64,000 bases of DNA from a virus. Every line of letters starts with the position of its first letter. Position 1 is the first letter of the stretch. The stretch spans positions 1 to 64,000 of IMG/VR virus record IMGVR_UViG_3300023179_000026; one strand, written 5' to 3'. Positions 34,015 to 44,160 of this stretch are shown one piece after another. Under the pieces are notes generated by a model, which saw nothing but the letters and a program-made list of their open reading frames with translations, had not been told where the DNA came from and did no database searches. A program made the position numbers and the translations under genes.

Positions 34015-36326
34015 CCTTCACATTCTTCCTCTAACATTTCCTGTTCTACATTAGCAACAAATGGTATAACATTATCATCTTTCAATGCAGCTTTTGCACC
34101 CATCTTGTTAATCAATGAGTAATAATAAGTTTTCAATCCCCAATGTATACCTAACATCAAGTTTTTAGCAATAGTAGTTGCAGGAACTTTGCCACCACTA
34201 TAGTGAGCAGGATTATAAAAAGTATTGGTACTTATGCTTTGGTCAATATATGCTGCTAATACTGCTGCGGTTTTAAGATAGTCAACACAATCCGTTTGTT
34301 CCCACATGAGTTGATAACGACTTTTTAATCGTTTGTACTCAGGAACAACTTGCACGAATGATCCTGCTTTACTTTCTTTTACGCTGATAAGTTCCATAGG
34401 CATTTCTATGCCATTGGTACTATTCAATACAACTGAACTGCTTTCAACAGGTGCAATTGCCATAAGTGTGGCATTGCGTATACCGTATTGTTTCATTCGT
34501 TGACGCAATGGTTCCCAATCTATGCTTGGTGTAAAATCAGCTAAATCATTCACACCTTGTGCTCTACGTTCCCAAGGGAATATACCACGACCGTAGTATG
34601 TATACTGACTACGTTTACATGCGCCACGTTCTTGTGCTAGTTCTACGCTAGCCTCAGTAAGGTAATAGGCTTGATGTTCCATCCAACGCTTTACTTCAGA
34701 AAGTGCTTCAGATGTACCATAACGATAATTTCTACGTGTATGCCAATAGGCTAAATTAGTTACACCAACCCCTAATGGTTCAAAATCATCATTGGCTAAT
34801 TTGCTCTGTACTGATAAGAAATCTTGATAATTAAGTAAATTACTTAAGCTACGAACAAGAACACGACACGCTTTACGCATTTCTTGTGGGCTACGGAACA
34901 CGCCCCAATTAATACTACCTAGTGTGCATAAGGCAATCCTGCCATTAGGGTCATCAATTCTTTGGAATGGGCGAGTTGGTAACAATATTTCTTGACACAA
35001 GTTACTTTGGTAGATAGGGTCTGTTTTAGTGTCAAATGATGATTGGTTGATGACGTTATCGATGTTGACAAGATATATTCTCCCCGTATCTGTTCTTTCT
35101 TTTAATATACCATTCTTAAATATTTCTTCTTCTGATATAACTTTTTTCTTGATATTTTTTGCATGTTCATATTTGACATATAGTTTTTCAAATTCAGCAG
35201 TATCTCTATAATAAGCTTCGTACAAGTCAGGAACTTCATGTGGGTCAAATAGTGTAATATTTTCATTGTTTTTATATCTGCGCCAAAATAGTTTACTAAT
35301 TACTACGCTATAATCCATCTGACGAACACGTGTTTCTTCTGTGCCTTGATTGTTTTTTAGCACAATAAAATCTTCGAATTGTGCATGCCATATAGGAAGT
35401 GTAACAGTACAACTAGCATTACGAATACCACCTTGTGAGCATGAACGTAAATCAGAAAACCATTTCTTTAAAAATGGTATCAATCCTGTATGCTTAATTT
35501 CTCCATTGCGAATAGGTGCTCCAAGTGGGCGTACACGACCAATTTCTAGCCCAATACCTGCACGTTTACTCGCATATTTTGCCATCATTTCTCCTGCAGC
35601 AAATATGCTATCAAGGGTATCATCACTACTGATAAGAACGCAAGAACTGAACTGTTTAGTAGTAGTCCCAAGCCCAGCAAGCACAGGGGTGGCAAGAGTG
35701 AAATGACCATCTGAAGCGCACTCATAATATTCCTTTACTAACTTTAACCTAGTATCTTTAGGTTCATTGTGAAATGCTGTAGCTGCTGCAATTGCATATC
35801 TTATTTGCGGTGTTTCATATAGTTTGCCCGTTGCACGATTTTGTACAAGATACTTTTCGCATAATTGTTCAATGGCACTATAGGTGTATTTTTGATCCTT
35901 ATCATGATCCATGAATAATTCAATAGTATCCCATTCTTGTTCACTATACCACGTTAATAAGTCAGGGGTATACATGTTCAATTCTATATTGCGTTTAATT
36001 ATATCGTACAAACGTGGTGGTTCATATGTTCCATAGACTTCTTTGCGCAACATACTGACACGTTGGCGACCTGCTACATATTGATAATTTACATGATTAA
36101 TCTCAGGATTTTCAGTTTCATCAATCAAGTCTACCATAGCTTTGAGTAATAACTCATCGATTGTTTGCGTGGTCATACCATCGGTAAATTGTATTTGCGC
36201 ACGTATTTCAATCATGCTTGGGCTGACGTTATCTATGCCTCTGCATCCGTTTTGTACTTGTCTTTGTATTTTAGAAATGTCTAAAGGAACACGTGTCCCA
36301 TCTCGTTTTATAACGTTTATTGTCAT
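34002..36326 (-). CDS. nrdA: Ribonucleotide reductase class Ia alpha subunit
   Basis: ATP cone (VIKRDG), SSC, QSNLCQEI, IAPVESSS, C-terminal CEGC. Confidence 0.96.
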   Translation of the reverse strand: MTINVIKRDGTRVPLDISKIQRQVQNGCRGIDNVSPSMIEIRAQIQFTDGMTTQTIDELLLKAMVDLIDETENPEINHVNYQYVAGRQRVSMLRKEVYGTYEPPRLYDIIKRNIELNMYTPDLLTWYSEQEWDTIELFMDHDKDQKYTYSAIEQLCEKYLVQNRATGKLYETPQIRYAIAAATAFHNEPKDTRLKLVKEYYECASDGHFTLATPVLAGLGTTTKQFSSCVLISSDDTLDSIFAAGEMMAKYASKRAGIGLEIGRVRPLGAPIRNGEIKHTGLIPFLKKWFSDLRSCSQGGIRNASCTVTLPIWHAQFEDFIVLKNNQGTEETRVRQMDYSVVISKLFWRRYKNNENITLFDPHEVPDLYEAYYRDTAEFEKLYVKYEHAKNIKKKVISEEEIFKNGILKERTDTGRIYLVNIDNVINQSSFDTKTDPIYQSNLCQEILLPTRPFQRIDDPNGRIALCTLGSINWGVFRSPQEMRKACRVLVRSLSNLLNYQDFLSVQSKLANDDFEPLGVGVTNLAYWHTRRNYRYGTSEALSEVKRWMEHQAYYLTEASVELAQERGACKRSQYTYYGRGIFPWERRAQGVNDLADFTPSIDWEPLRQRMKQYGIRNATLMAIAPVESSSVVLNSTNGIEMPMELISVKESKAGSFVQVVPEYKRLKSRYQLMWEQTDCVDYLKTAAVLAAYIDQSISTNTFYNPAHYSGGKVPATTIAKNLMLGIHWGLKTYYYSLINKMGAKAALKDDNVIPFVANVEQEMLEEECEGCVL

Positions 36327-36467
36327 TGTTTGAAACCTTATTATTTTGTGTGCTGTTAAGTGATTTTTTATTTAGAATATACGCTTGCTAGTAATTAAGC
36401 TTATATTTTACACTTTGAGTAGCACTAAGGACTAATAGTACAAAAATATATTAGTCCTGTCAATAAA

Positions 36468-39293
36468 TTAGGAGGTAGATTCTCGTTTACCAATGACAAA
36501 ATACGTGTCAGACAATGATCTAAAGATATCAAATGTATAAACGTCATATCCACCTGTAACAGGAGTTGGTGCGCCGTTTATCCATGAAATATTTGCAGCA
36601 GACCCATCAATACGTATAGAATTAGCCACATATCCTATTGTATTTGCATTTTTAAATACTGCTGATACCGTAACATTACGTTGAATAAAAGTGGTATTAG
36701 ACAGATTTACAATGTCTAATATGAAATTACCTGAACTTGGTGATGTATACAAGTAACTAACTGCTACCTGTGTATCCAAAGTAACTAAAGGATTTGGTGC
36801 AACAGAGGTTTCATAAAAATAAACTGATGGAACTATTGATGTAGTATTTCTAAAACTTACAGTGTTTGCTGCTAAAATATTAGCTTGTATGTTTCCAATA
36901 GTTGTGTTGGCTGCGGTAATACGTGTTACGGTAAGTAATGCATTTGAACTATCGTAGGTTAAATTACTATTAGGTGAAGTAATATTACCTGTTATTTCTA
37001 TATTGCTTACTGAAGTATTTCCGACTACAGTAAGGTTAACTAGGTTTCCTACACTTGTAATATTTGGCTGTGCATTACTATTACTACCAAATGTAGCGGT
37101 TAAATAACTACCTACACCGAAATTACTACTTACATAACCATTTCCTGTACTTAAAAAGCTACCATTAGCATAAAATGTAGCTGTTCCTGTGCTACCAATA
37201 ACTAAATTAGATAATTGACCAATTTGTGTAATATTTGGTTGTGCATTGGTTGTAAGTTGTCCTGTTATACCATTACCTGCTATGACTATATTTGCTGTAA
37301 CGTTACCTACTACATTGGCTGAACCTGTTACTGTTAGACTACTTAAATTTCCAATAGAAGTAATATTTGGTTGAGCTGCTGTTGCTAATGAACCATTCAA
37401 TACGTTTGCTGTAACTAAGTTAGCGTTTAAGTTACCACCTAAAACCGCATTACCACTTATAATAGCCTCTCCTGTAACAGCTATACCTGAGTTAGCTATG
37501 ACTACAACATTTGCTACTCCTGAAGGATTAAAAAGTATATTTCCGTTAACAGAGGGAATGGCTATATTACTACTGCCGTTTGCCAAATTACCAACAAAAT
37601 TTAATCCTGTTACATTTCCTGTAGCACTAATATTACCATTTATGTTTACGCCTGTTGCAGTGAAATTAGCAATTGAGTTACCCACTGCGGTAATTTGTAC
37701 ATTACTATTACTTGCAATGCTAATATTACTGTTACCATTTACTAAATTACCAATAAGAGTAACTGCTGTTAAAACATTGCCAACAGTTACAGAATTAGCT
37801 ATGGTTGTATTAGCGGTAGACCCGTTAGAAGTTACAACAATTATATCAGGTTGACCATTTACCGCAAAGCTAATATTTGCGTTAGGTGCAACATAAATGT
37901 TGCTATTTCCATTGACAACAGTTGAGGTGTTAACATTGCCTGTTATGGTAAGTGCTGTAATGTTACCTGAAAAATTAGCATTATTAGCAGTAAGGTTACC
38001 TGTTATTGCTACGTTTGCAGCAAAATTACCTGTATTTGCTGTAATAGTATTACTTACAATGTTACTAATATTTGCATTGGCAGATACAATATTTCTTGTC
38101 GCTGTGATATTACCCGCACTAATCGCAACATTGACGGTACCATTACCAATTAATACATTACCTGTTGTTTCTATATTTCCACTTAAAGTTAAAGAATTAC
38201 CTGTTACTGCACCATTAACAATTAAATTAGCATTGCCTATAGTGACATTACCTGCATTAGCAGATAATGTTGAGTCACCTAAGTATATGGTAGAATTACT
38301 TAAATATATATCATTCCAACGACTTGTAGCATTGCCTAAATTATAAGTAACATTTGCGTTGGGTATAAGATTAGATACAATATTGGTAACAGCTAAGGTA
38401 TTAACAGTGGTAGCATTAGCTATGGATAAATTACTAGCTGTAATATTGTTTGTAGCAGTTACGTTACCATTGCTAATGAATACATTAACTGTAGCATTAC
38501 CTATGTTAGCATTAGCTGAGAAAGAAGCATTTGCACCACTTACAAAACCTTGTGCATTGACATTACCTGTTAAGCTAATACCTGCTGCATTAGCCCATAC
38601 ATTACTATTACCTACGATTAAATTACCTGCTGTATTTGACCCTGAACCATCATTTACTTCAAGAGTGGTTGCAGCACGTAATAATTGATTAGCGACAATT
38701 GTATTAGATACTATATTGGCATTAACGTTGGCTTGATCAACTGTAATTCTTGTAGCAAAAATCAAACCGTTTGAAATATTTGCATTACCTGAGAAGTAAG
38801 CAGTAGTGATATTTGCAATATTAATAGTAGCAGTATTTGATACGCTTAGGTTGGTAGTATTAGTATTTCCTGTAACAACGAGTGTAGTATTTGCATCAAA
38901 ATAAGTTAAATTAGCACTAGCATTAAGTGAACCTGCGTTGTTATATTGAATTTGATTAGTTGAACCTGCTACTGTACCTGCTACTGCGTTAGGTACTGCG
39001 CTCCATGTTAAAATACCATTTCCATTGGTTTGTAAAAAATAACCATTATTACCACCACCTAAAGAAAAATTGGCAACATTAGCAATCGTAACGTTACCAT
39101 TAAGTTCTATAGGACTGTATTTCGTAAGAATTTCAGTGTTATTTGGGTCAGGATCACCCACACGATTAGCGTCATTACCAATGAATAACCTACGTTCATC
39201 GTCTGCCCAACCAAATTCACCTGCGCTAAGTTGAGGTAAATCTGCAACATTACCTGTTCTTACCTGAATTTTGCTAATTTGAATGATTGCCAT
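36468..39293 (-). CDS. Long tail fibre-like virion protein
   Basis: N-terminal IQVRTG..LPQL..GEFGW..D..RLFIG attachment motif; N/A/T/G-rich repeats; CTAAATA late promoter upstream. Confidence 0.75.
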   Translation of the reverse strand: MAIIQISKIQVRTGNVADLPQLSAGEFGWADDERRLFIGNDANRVGDPDPNNTEILTKYSPIELNGNVTIANVANFSLGGGNNGYFLQTNGNGILTWSAVPNAVAGTVAGSTNQIQYNNAGSLNASANLTYFDANTTLVVTGNTNTTNLSVSNTATINIANITTAYFSGNANISNGLIFATRITVDQANVNANIVSNTIVANQLLRAATTLEVNDGSGSNTAGNLIVGNSNVWANAAGISLTGNVNAQGFVSGANASFSANANIGNATVNVFISNGNVTATNNITASNLSIANATTVNTLAVTNIVSNLIPNANVTYNLGNATSRWNDIYLSNSTIYLGDSTLSANAGNVTIGNANLIVNGAVTGNSLTLSGNIETTGNVLIGNGTVNVAISAGNITATRNIVSANANISNIVSNTITANTGNFAANVAITGNLTANNANFSGNITALTITGNVNTSTVVNGNSNIYVAPNANISFAVNGQPDIIVVTSNGSTANTTIANSVTVGNVLTAVTLIGNLVNGNSNISIASNSNVQITAVGNSIANFTATGVNINGNISATGNVTGLNFVGNLANGSSNIAIPSVNGNILFNPSGVANVVVIANSGIAVTGEAIISGNAVLGGNLNANLVTANVLNGSLATAAQPNITSIGNLSSLTVTGSANVVGNVTANIVIAGNGITGQLTTNAQPNITQIGQLSNLVIGSTGTATFYANGSFLSTGNGYVSSNFGVGSYLTATFGSNSNAQPNITSVGNLVNLTVVGNTSVSNIEITGNITSPNSNLTYDSSNALLTVTRITAANTTIGNIQANILAANTVSFRNTTSIVPSVYFYETSVAPNPLVTLDTQVAVSYLYTSPSSGNFILDIVNLSNTTFIQRNVTVSAVFKNANTIGYVANSIRIDGSAANISWINGAPTPVTGGYDVYTFDIFRSLSDTYFVIGKRESTS

Positions 39294-39324
39294 AATATAT
39301 CTTTTAAGTGATATATTTATTTAG

Positions 39325-40035
39325 TCAAACTGCTAGTCTAGCCTCAACTATAGCAAAATATTCTTCTAACCTACCCCACATTAAATCCATATAATTTGAC
39401 CAATCACTACCATTTAATATAAATTCTTGATACATGGGTTTAGTTTTTTCATCAGGTTTAACACACATCATGATTACACCTTGATTGATATTGGTGCCAT
39501 GTACTTCATTATGTGCAGCAGCATAAAATACAAGTTGTAGGAAATATCCACTTATCCAATCACGTTTTTTTGGTTTATTGGATTGTTTAAAATCAATGAT
39601 ACTTGGAATACCGTTATGTACACCTACACAATCTGTTGTACCTGCGTATAATTTTGGATAGTATAGAGGTACTTCTACTCCCCAAAATTCTTGACAATTA
39701 ACTAAGCCATTTTGGATAATTTGTTCAGCCATATCCCAACTATCATGGTGCATAAAATTAGTTGATTTAGCGGGTTGAACACCATCCTTTACATAATGTT
39801 CAAGGTAAGTATGCATTTTAGTACCACGGTTAGCTGCTTCAGTAGTGATTTGTTGCGCTTTATTTTCACCTACCCGTTGTTTCCATTCAAACAACTTTTT
39901 CTTTTCTTCTTCGGGTTTGGTAGCATCAAGAATAGTAGTTACAGAGGGTAATTTACCGCTAGGAGTGTTATAATGTCTTTTGCCATCAATGTTGACACGA
40001 TTGAATGGAATATATTTAAATTTATGATTGTACAT
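39325..40035 (-). CDS. PD-(D/E)XK exonuclease
   Basis: LPSVTTIL..RGT.MH...E..L...AGT.D..IIDFKQS..QL.FY. Confidence 0.85.
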   Translation of the reverse strand: MYNHKFKYIPFNRVNIDGKRHYNTPSGKLPSVTTILDATKPEEEKKKLFEWKQRVGENKAQQITTEAANRGTKMHTYLEHYVKDGVQPAKSTNFMHHDSWDMAEQIIQNGLVNCQEFWGVEVPLYYPKLYAGTTDCVGVHNGIPSIIDFKQSNKPKKRDWISGYFLQLVFYAAAHNEVHGTNINQGVIMMCVKPDEKTKPMYQEFILNGSDWSNYMDLMWGRLEEYFAIVEARLAV

Positions 40036-40087
40036 TTGTTATTAGTTATAGATTAAATGAAATTAAATTGCAAGCAATTTAGATAGC

Positions 40088-40408
40088 TTATACTGTAAAG
40101 CTTTCGCCACAACCGCAACGACTCTTTTCAAGTGGATTAACAAATTCAAATCCTTCATTTAACCCTTTTTTCTGATAATCAACTATTAAATCATTCAAAT
40201 ATACGTGATGTTCAGGTTTAATATATACATGTACACCATGTGATTCATGTATAGTCATACCAACTTGTAGATTATCTATATATTCTAACGTGTATGCCAA
40301 ACCACTACAGCCTGTGGTTTTTACACCAATTTGTATTCCAATACCACGACCACGTTTGTTTAATAAATTTTTGATTTTTTCTGCTGCTACATCAGTTAAT
40401 GATATCAT
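40088..40408 (-). CDS. iscA: A-type Fe-S cluster carrier
   Basis: GCSGLAY...CGCGESF. Confidence 0.92.
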   Translation of the reverse strand: MISLTDVAAEKIKNLLNKRGRGIGIQIGVKTTGCSGLAYTLEYIDNLQVGMTIHESHGVHVYIKPEHHVYLNDLIVDYQKKGLNEGFEFVNPLEKSRCGCGESFTV

Positions 40409-40410
40409 TT

Positions 40411-40758
40411 TTACATTGATTTTGTTGCTTTTATAGCCATGTCTTTTACAGCTTTTTCACTATTATCGGTAGCTGATTTTGTTTTATCAGTACCTACGCC
40501 CTTGAAATATACATTTTTATCAAAGTCTGATATAATATTTTTGATTGGATCATCTTTTATAATATTGTACAAATCATCTTTACTTAGGCTTACTCCGTCC
40601 TTACGTAAAATTTCTAGAACAGATTTGGTTGTGTATGGATTTTTTGCACCGCTATCTTCATAGCGAGCACGAAGTTGACTTAACAAAGACGTAATCTTTA
40701 CACGAATTGGATTATCGTCTTTGTCATCATCCTCAATAATAAATTCACGAAATCGCAC
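40411..40758 (-). CDS. Hypothetical protein
   Basis: 115-aa ORF in the late gene run. Confidence 0.65.
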   Translation of the reverse strand: MRFREFIIEDDDKDDNPIRVKITSLLSQLRARYEDSGAKNPYTTKSVLEILRKDGVSLSKDDLYNIIKDDPIKNIISDFDKNVYFKGVGTDKTKSATDNSEKAVKDMAIKATKSM

Positions 40759-40760
40759 GA

Positions 40761-41462
40761 TTAGCGTAACTCTCTACCTGCTGCGCCAACTTCTTCTTCA
40801 TCCTCATCAGGCATAGGTAATGATGGCATTTCATCTGCGTCCATATCTGCTTCAGGTGCTGCTAATTCAGGTTCATCACTCACAGGTGCTGCTGCTCCTG
40901 CTGCGTCAAATCCTGATGCTGCGGGGCGACCTAACAACACATCTTGTGCGCTTACGATAGAAGACTTTGCTTGTGCGATAGCATCTTGTAATTGGCTTAA
41001 TGCATCACTAGCACTTTGACTAAATTGATCTGCACCAACTGCACTTTGTTCAGTTTGGCGCATTTGTTCTTCAATGGCTGCAAGATCTTTAACACGCATG
41101 TCACTAACACGCTCAACCATCTTTTGTAACTCTTGAATCATGTTTTCTGCTGCCATAACATTAGCTGCAGAAGTAACTGTTTCATCTTCTACAACAATTG
41201 TTGGTTTTACATTTAAGTCAGCAAAATGATTAGAAAGCATTTGCTCCATCATTACAAGCTTTAAATATGAATTATTTTTATGACTTTCATGTATTCTACT
41301 TGTAGTACGAGCATCTTTTAAAAGTGTACGTACCTTTTCAAGCATACTTTTAGTAGTACGGAAATCAAGCTTATTTAAATCATAGCTAATACCATAATGT
41401 TCTTTAAGAGCACGACTAGCGATTTTACTTGCTTTACTTTCGTTTAGTTCTGTTAATTTCAT
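40761..41462 (-). CDS. Hypothetical (probably virion) protein
   Basis: MKLTELNES..., acidic C-terminal tail; start revised. Confidence 0.65.
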   Translation of the reverse strand: MKLTELNESKASKIASRALKEHYGISYDLNKLDFRTTKSMLEKVRTLLKDARTTSRIHESHKNNSYLKLVMMEQMLSNHFADLNVKPTIVVEDETVTSAANVMAAENMIQELQKMVERVSDMRVKDLAAIEEQMRQTEQSAVGADQFSQSASDALSQLQDAIAQAKSSIVSAQDVLLGRPAASGFDAAGAAAPVSDEPELAAPEADMDADEMPSLPMPDEDEEEVGAAGRELR

Positions 41463-41913
41463 TTTCAAATCCTTTTTGTTGGCATAGTTTAGCAACTTTA
41501 ATGTATTTATCTATTTCATGCTGTAAACTAGTTTGTTTATACAAAATACTTTGTAGCTTGGCGTTTTGTATAAGATAAGTTTCCAAATTGGCTTTTTTCT
41601 GTAGCTTTTTATGTATCTTCTTTTCAAACTCTAGCCCAACTATAAGACTATCAATTTCATGTAATTTAGTTGCTTCATGCATCTTATATTTACTATCTAA
41701 AATAGACCAAGCTATGGCATTTTTTACGGTAAAAAAGTGAAAAACTTTATCATCACCACGCCTTAACACAGTAAACATATTATCTTTTTTAGTTATGAAA
41801 TACTTATTGTATATCACATATCCATTGTCTGTATCAAAAATTATCTTATTGACTACTTTTGGAATTACTATTTCTGCAATCGCTTGCAATTTATCATAGG
41901 GTATTTTTCTCAT
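41434..41913 (-). CDS. Hypothetical protein
   Basis: 159-aa ORF. Confidence 0.6.
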   Translation of the reverse strand: MRKIPYDKLQAIAEIVIPKVVNKIIFDTDNGYVIYNKYFITKKDNMFTVLRRGDDKVFHFFTVKNAIAWSILDSKYKMHEATKLHEIDSLIVGLEFEKKIHKKLQKKANLETYLIQNAKLQSILYKQTSLQHEIDKYIKVAKLCQQKGFENEINRTKRK

Positions 41914-42337
41914 CGATTATTTCAAAATGTATATTTTTATATTCAGCACTGACATTTAATAAACCTGACAACTTGTTCCATTCCTCTAAACCAATAACCA
42001 TAGGAACATTGTTACAATCTTCATATAGTCCACCTAAATTATCGCCATTTAGTAGAAAAACACCACTTTGTGGTATGGAAAAGTAAAATGTCCAAGATGG
42101 AATAGTATCATTTGTTTTATATTGATTACCAAAACATTTATAAATTTTAGATTGTTTTTTAATTGGAATGGAAATGTCTTCAGGTTGTGCCCTAATTCCT
42201 ATACATTGTAAAATGGTTTCGTAATTGGACTGTTGACTACCTTTGATATCTTCTTCTGCTTTACGATCCAATTTATTACGTCTATAATTTACGTCTGTTT
42301 TTGTAATGTCGTATAATGTTGTACACCGAATCTTCAT
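41894..42337 (-). CDS. Hypothetical protein
   Basis: MKIRCTTLYDIT..., start revised. Confidence 0.6.
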   Translation of the reverse strand: MKIRCTTLYDITKTDVNYRRNKLDRKAEEDIKGSQQSNYETILQCIGIRAQPEDISIPIKKQSKIYKCFGNQYKTNDTIPSWTFYFSIPQSGVFLLNGDNLGGLYEDCNNVPMVIGLEEWNKLSGLLNVSAEYKNIHFEIIDEKNTL

Positions 42338-42356
42338 TGCTTTATTTACTAGCAAT

Positions 42357-42383
42357 AAAAAAGCCCCGAAAAAATCGGGGCTT
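42357..42383 (-). terminator. Intrinsic terminator
   Basis: AAGCCCCGA/TCGGGGCTT stem plus U tract. Confidence 0.8.
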
Positions 42384-42415
42384 AGTGTGCACAATATATT
42401 GTTATATATTATTTA

Positions 42416-42814
42416 TTAGCTAAATGTAGCACCATTTGCAACAGCAATATTAGCTGTAAAGCTGCTGTTAGCTGCTTGAATACCATTGGTGATAGCTGTG
42501 TCTAATGTAGCTGTTGTCCATGCACGTACAGGATAGACACCAATTGCCAATGTATCATCTGTAGCATTTGTGTACTGATACAAATGAATCGTAGCTAACT
42601 GCTCGATTGACTGAAATACTGCTGTAGCATAGTCAGCAATCTGTGAACCATTACCTGTAATTGTAAAAAACTCAAGAGCAGGACCTTGTGGCTGTACGGG
42701 TACACCACTTGTCATTGCATTGACGTTACCACTATTAGTATACGCATTACCCGTATCGTCATCATATACTGCTACGGGTAGAAAATCACCATTAACTCTT
42801 GTAAAACCTGCCAT
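42416..42814 (-). CDS. Putative structural protein
   Basis: AAGGAG RBS, ATAAATA late promoter and own terminator suggest high late expression. Confidence 0.6.
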   Translation of the reverse strand: MAGFTRVNGDFLPVAVYDDDTGNAYTNSGNVNAMTSGVPVQPQGPALEFFTITGNGSQIADYATAVFQSIEQLATIHLYQYTNATDDTLAIGVYPVRAWTTATLDTAITNGIQAANSSFTANIAVANGATFS

Positions 42815-42895
42815 TTTTATTCTCCTTAATGTTTTGAACCAAAGGTTCTAATTTTATTTATCAAAGTTATAAAAAAATAGGGTTTTAGTGCAAAA

Positions 42896-43888
42896 CTATG
42901 GTTGTTGTTTCTGTGGGGCAGCAGTTTGACGTTGAAAATCAGCCAAAGATGTTCTAATATCTCTTACTAACACATTGTAGTCAGCAGGGTATTTACGCTT
43001 CATATATATTAACATATTCATTACTGTACTTGTAATTTCTTCTTGTGTATAATAGTTATTACGCATTGCAGTTAATACTCTATCTAACTGAGTTGATCCT
43101 GTGGATGCACCTGCTGAACTTGATGATGGTATACCTTGTGCTATGCCACTTCTTGATCTAGAACCTATCATTTGTGTTCTATAAACATAATCTAACAATT
43201 TTCTTGCTGTTTGGTCAGCTTGAATTGAATTATTTGCTGCATAATTTTGATCAATAGATGCTGCTAGTTGTTTTAGTTCATCATTGTCTAATTTAAAATC
43301 AAGGACTGTTTCAATATATTTGGAAAAAGTGCCTGGATCTGATACTTCTTGTTCATATAAAGCTGATTCTAATAATGCATATAAGTCATCAAACCTGCTT
43401 TCTGTCATACCACGTGCTTGTCTTTGACGTAATAAAGAACTCATGGGCGAGGTGTAGTCGCCTGTGGGAAGTTTACCACGTACCATATCAGCTTGTGCTC
43501 TTTTTGCAGCAGCATCACGTTTTGCATCATATCCTGCTATGGATGTAGGCGCAGCTCTTAAATTAGGGGTTGGTAAAGTATTTTGTGCGGAACGTTGTTG
43601 TGCTTGTCTTTGCTGTGCTGTACGTTGTGGCACTGTTTGTTGCGTTGTAGCTGTACCTTGTGTAGCAGTTGGTGTGGTTTGTTGAGGTTGCTGCTTTAAA
43701 GATGCCATGTATGTTGGGTCAGAAGCACGTTGTTGTTTTGCCCATTCAGGATATGCATTTAAAGCAGCATCAATTTTTGCTTTTATGGAAGCTTCTGCCC
43801 TTTTTGTAGGATCAGTATTACGATAATCCATTGCTCTACGTAATGGATTAAATACTGCCCCTAAATCTGCTTCATTAACTTTGCTCAT
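42896..43888 (-). CDS. Hypothetical (probably virion) protein
   Basis: 330 aa, Q/T-rich linker. Confidence 0.65.
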   Translation of the reverse strand: MSKVNEADLGAVFNPLRRAMDYRNTDPTKRAEASIKAKIDAALNAYPEWAKQQRASDPTYMASLKQQPQQTTPTATQGTATTQQTVPQRTAQQRQAQQRSAQNTLPTPNLRAAPTSIAGYDAKRDAAAKRAQADMVRGKLPTGDYTSPMSSLLRQRQARGMTESRFDDLYALLESALYEQEVSDPGTFSKYIETVLDFKLDNDELKQLAASIDQNYAANNSIQADQTARKLLDYVYRTQMIGSRSRSGIAQGIPSSSSAGASTGSTQLDRVLTAMRNNYYTQEEITSTVMNMLIYMKRKYPADYNVLVRDIRTSLADFQRQTAAPQKQQP

Positions 43889-44126
43889 TAGTATTCTTTC
43901 TTAAACTACGTGCAAACTTTTTACTGTCTCTATTCTTTATAGCAAATAATAGTTTACGTTCTAAAATTTCAGCTTGTTCAGGTGTAAAATTACGTTGTAT
44001 TACTTCTAACAAATGTATTGCGCTAGTAATAATACTATTGGCACGACTTTCAATGATGTATTTTGTATCACGATTTTGCGCCAACGTTTCTAATTCTTCT
44101 AATAAACTGCGAGTCTTTTTTTCCAT
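43875..44126 (-). CDS. Hypothetical protein
   Basis: 83 aa, ATAAATA upstream. Confidence 0.65.
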   Translation of the reverse strand: MEKKTRSLLEELETLAQNRDTKYIIESRANSIITSAIHLLEVIQRNFTPEQAEILERKLLFAIKNRDSKKFARSLRKNTNEQS

Positions 44127-44160
44127 GATATGTATATTTATCAGGATTGTTACAGTATTG

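Noticed and set aside
37498-38688. Long plus-strand ORFs inside the tail fibre gene, and similar ones in nrdA, helicase and the 798-aa gene
   Set aside because: Shadow ORFs caused by codon bias of the low-complexity sense gene.
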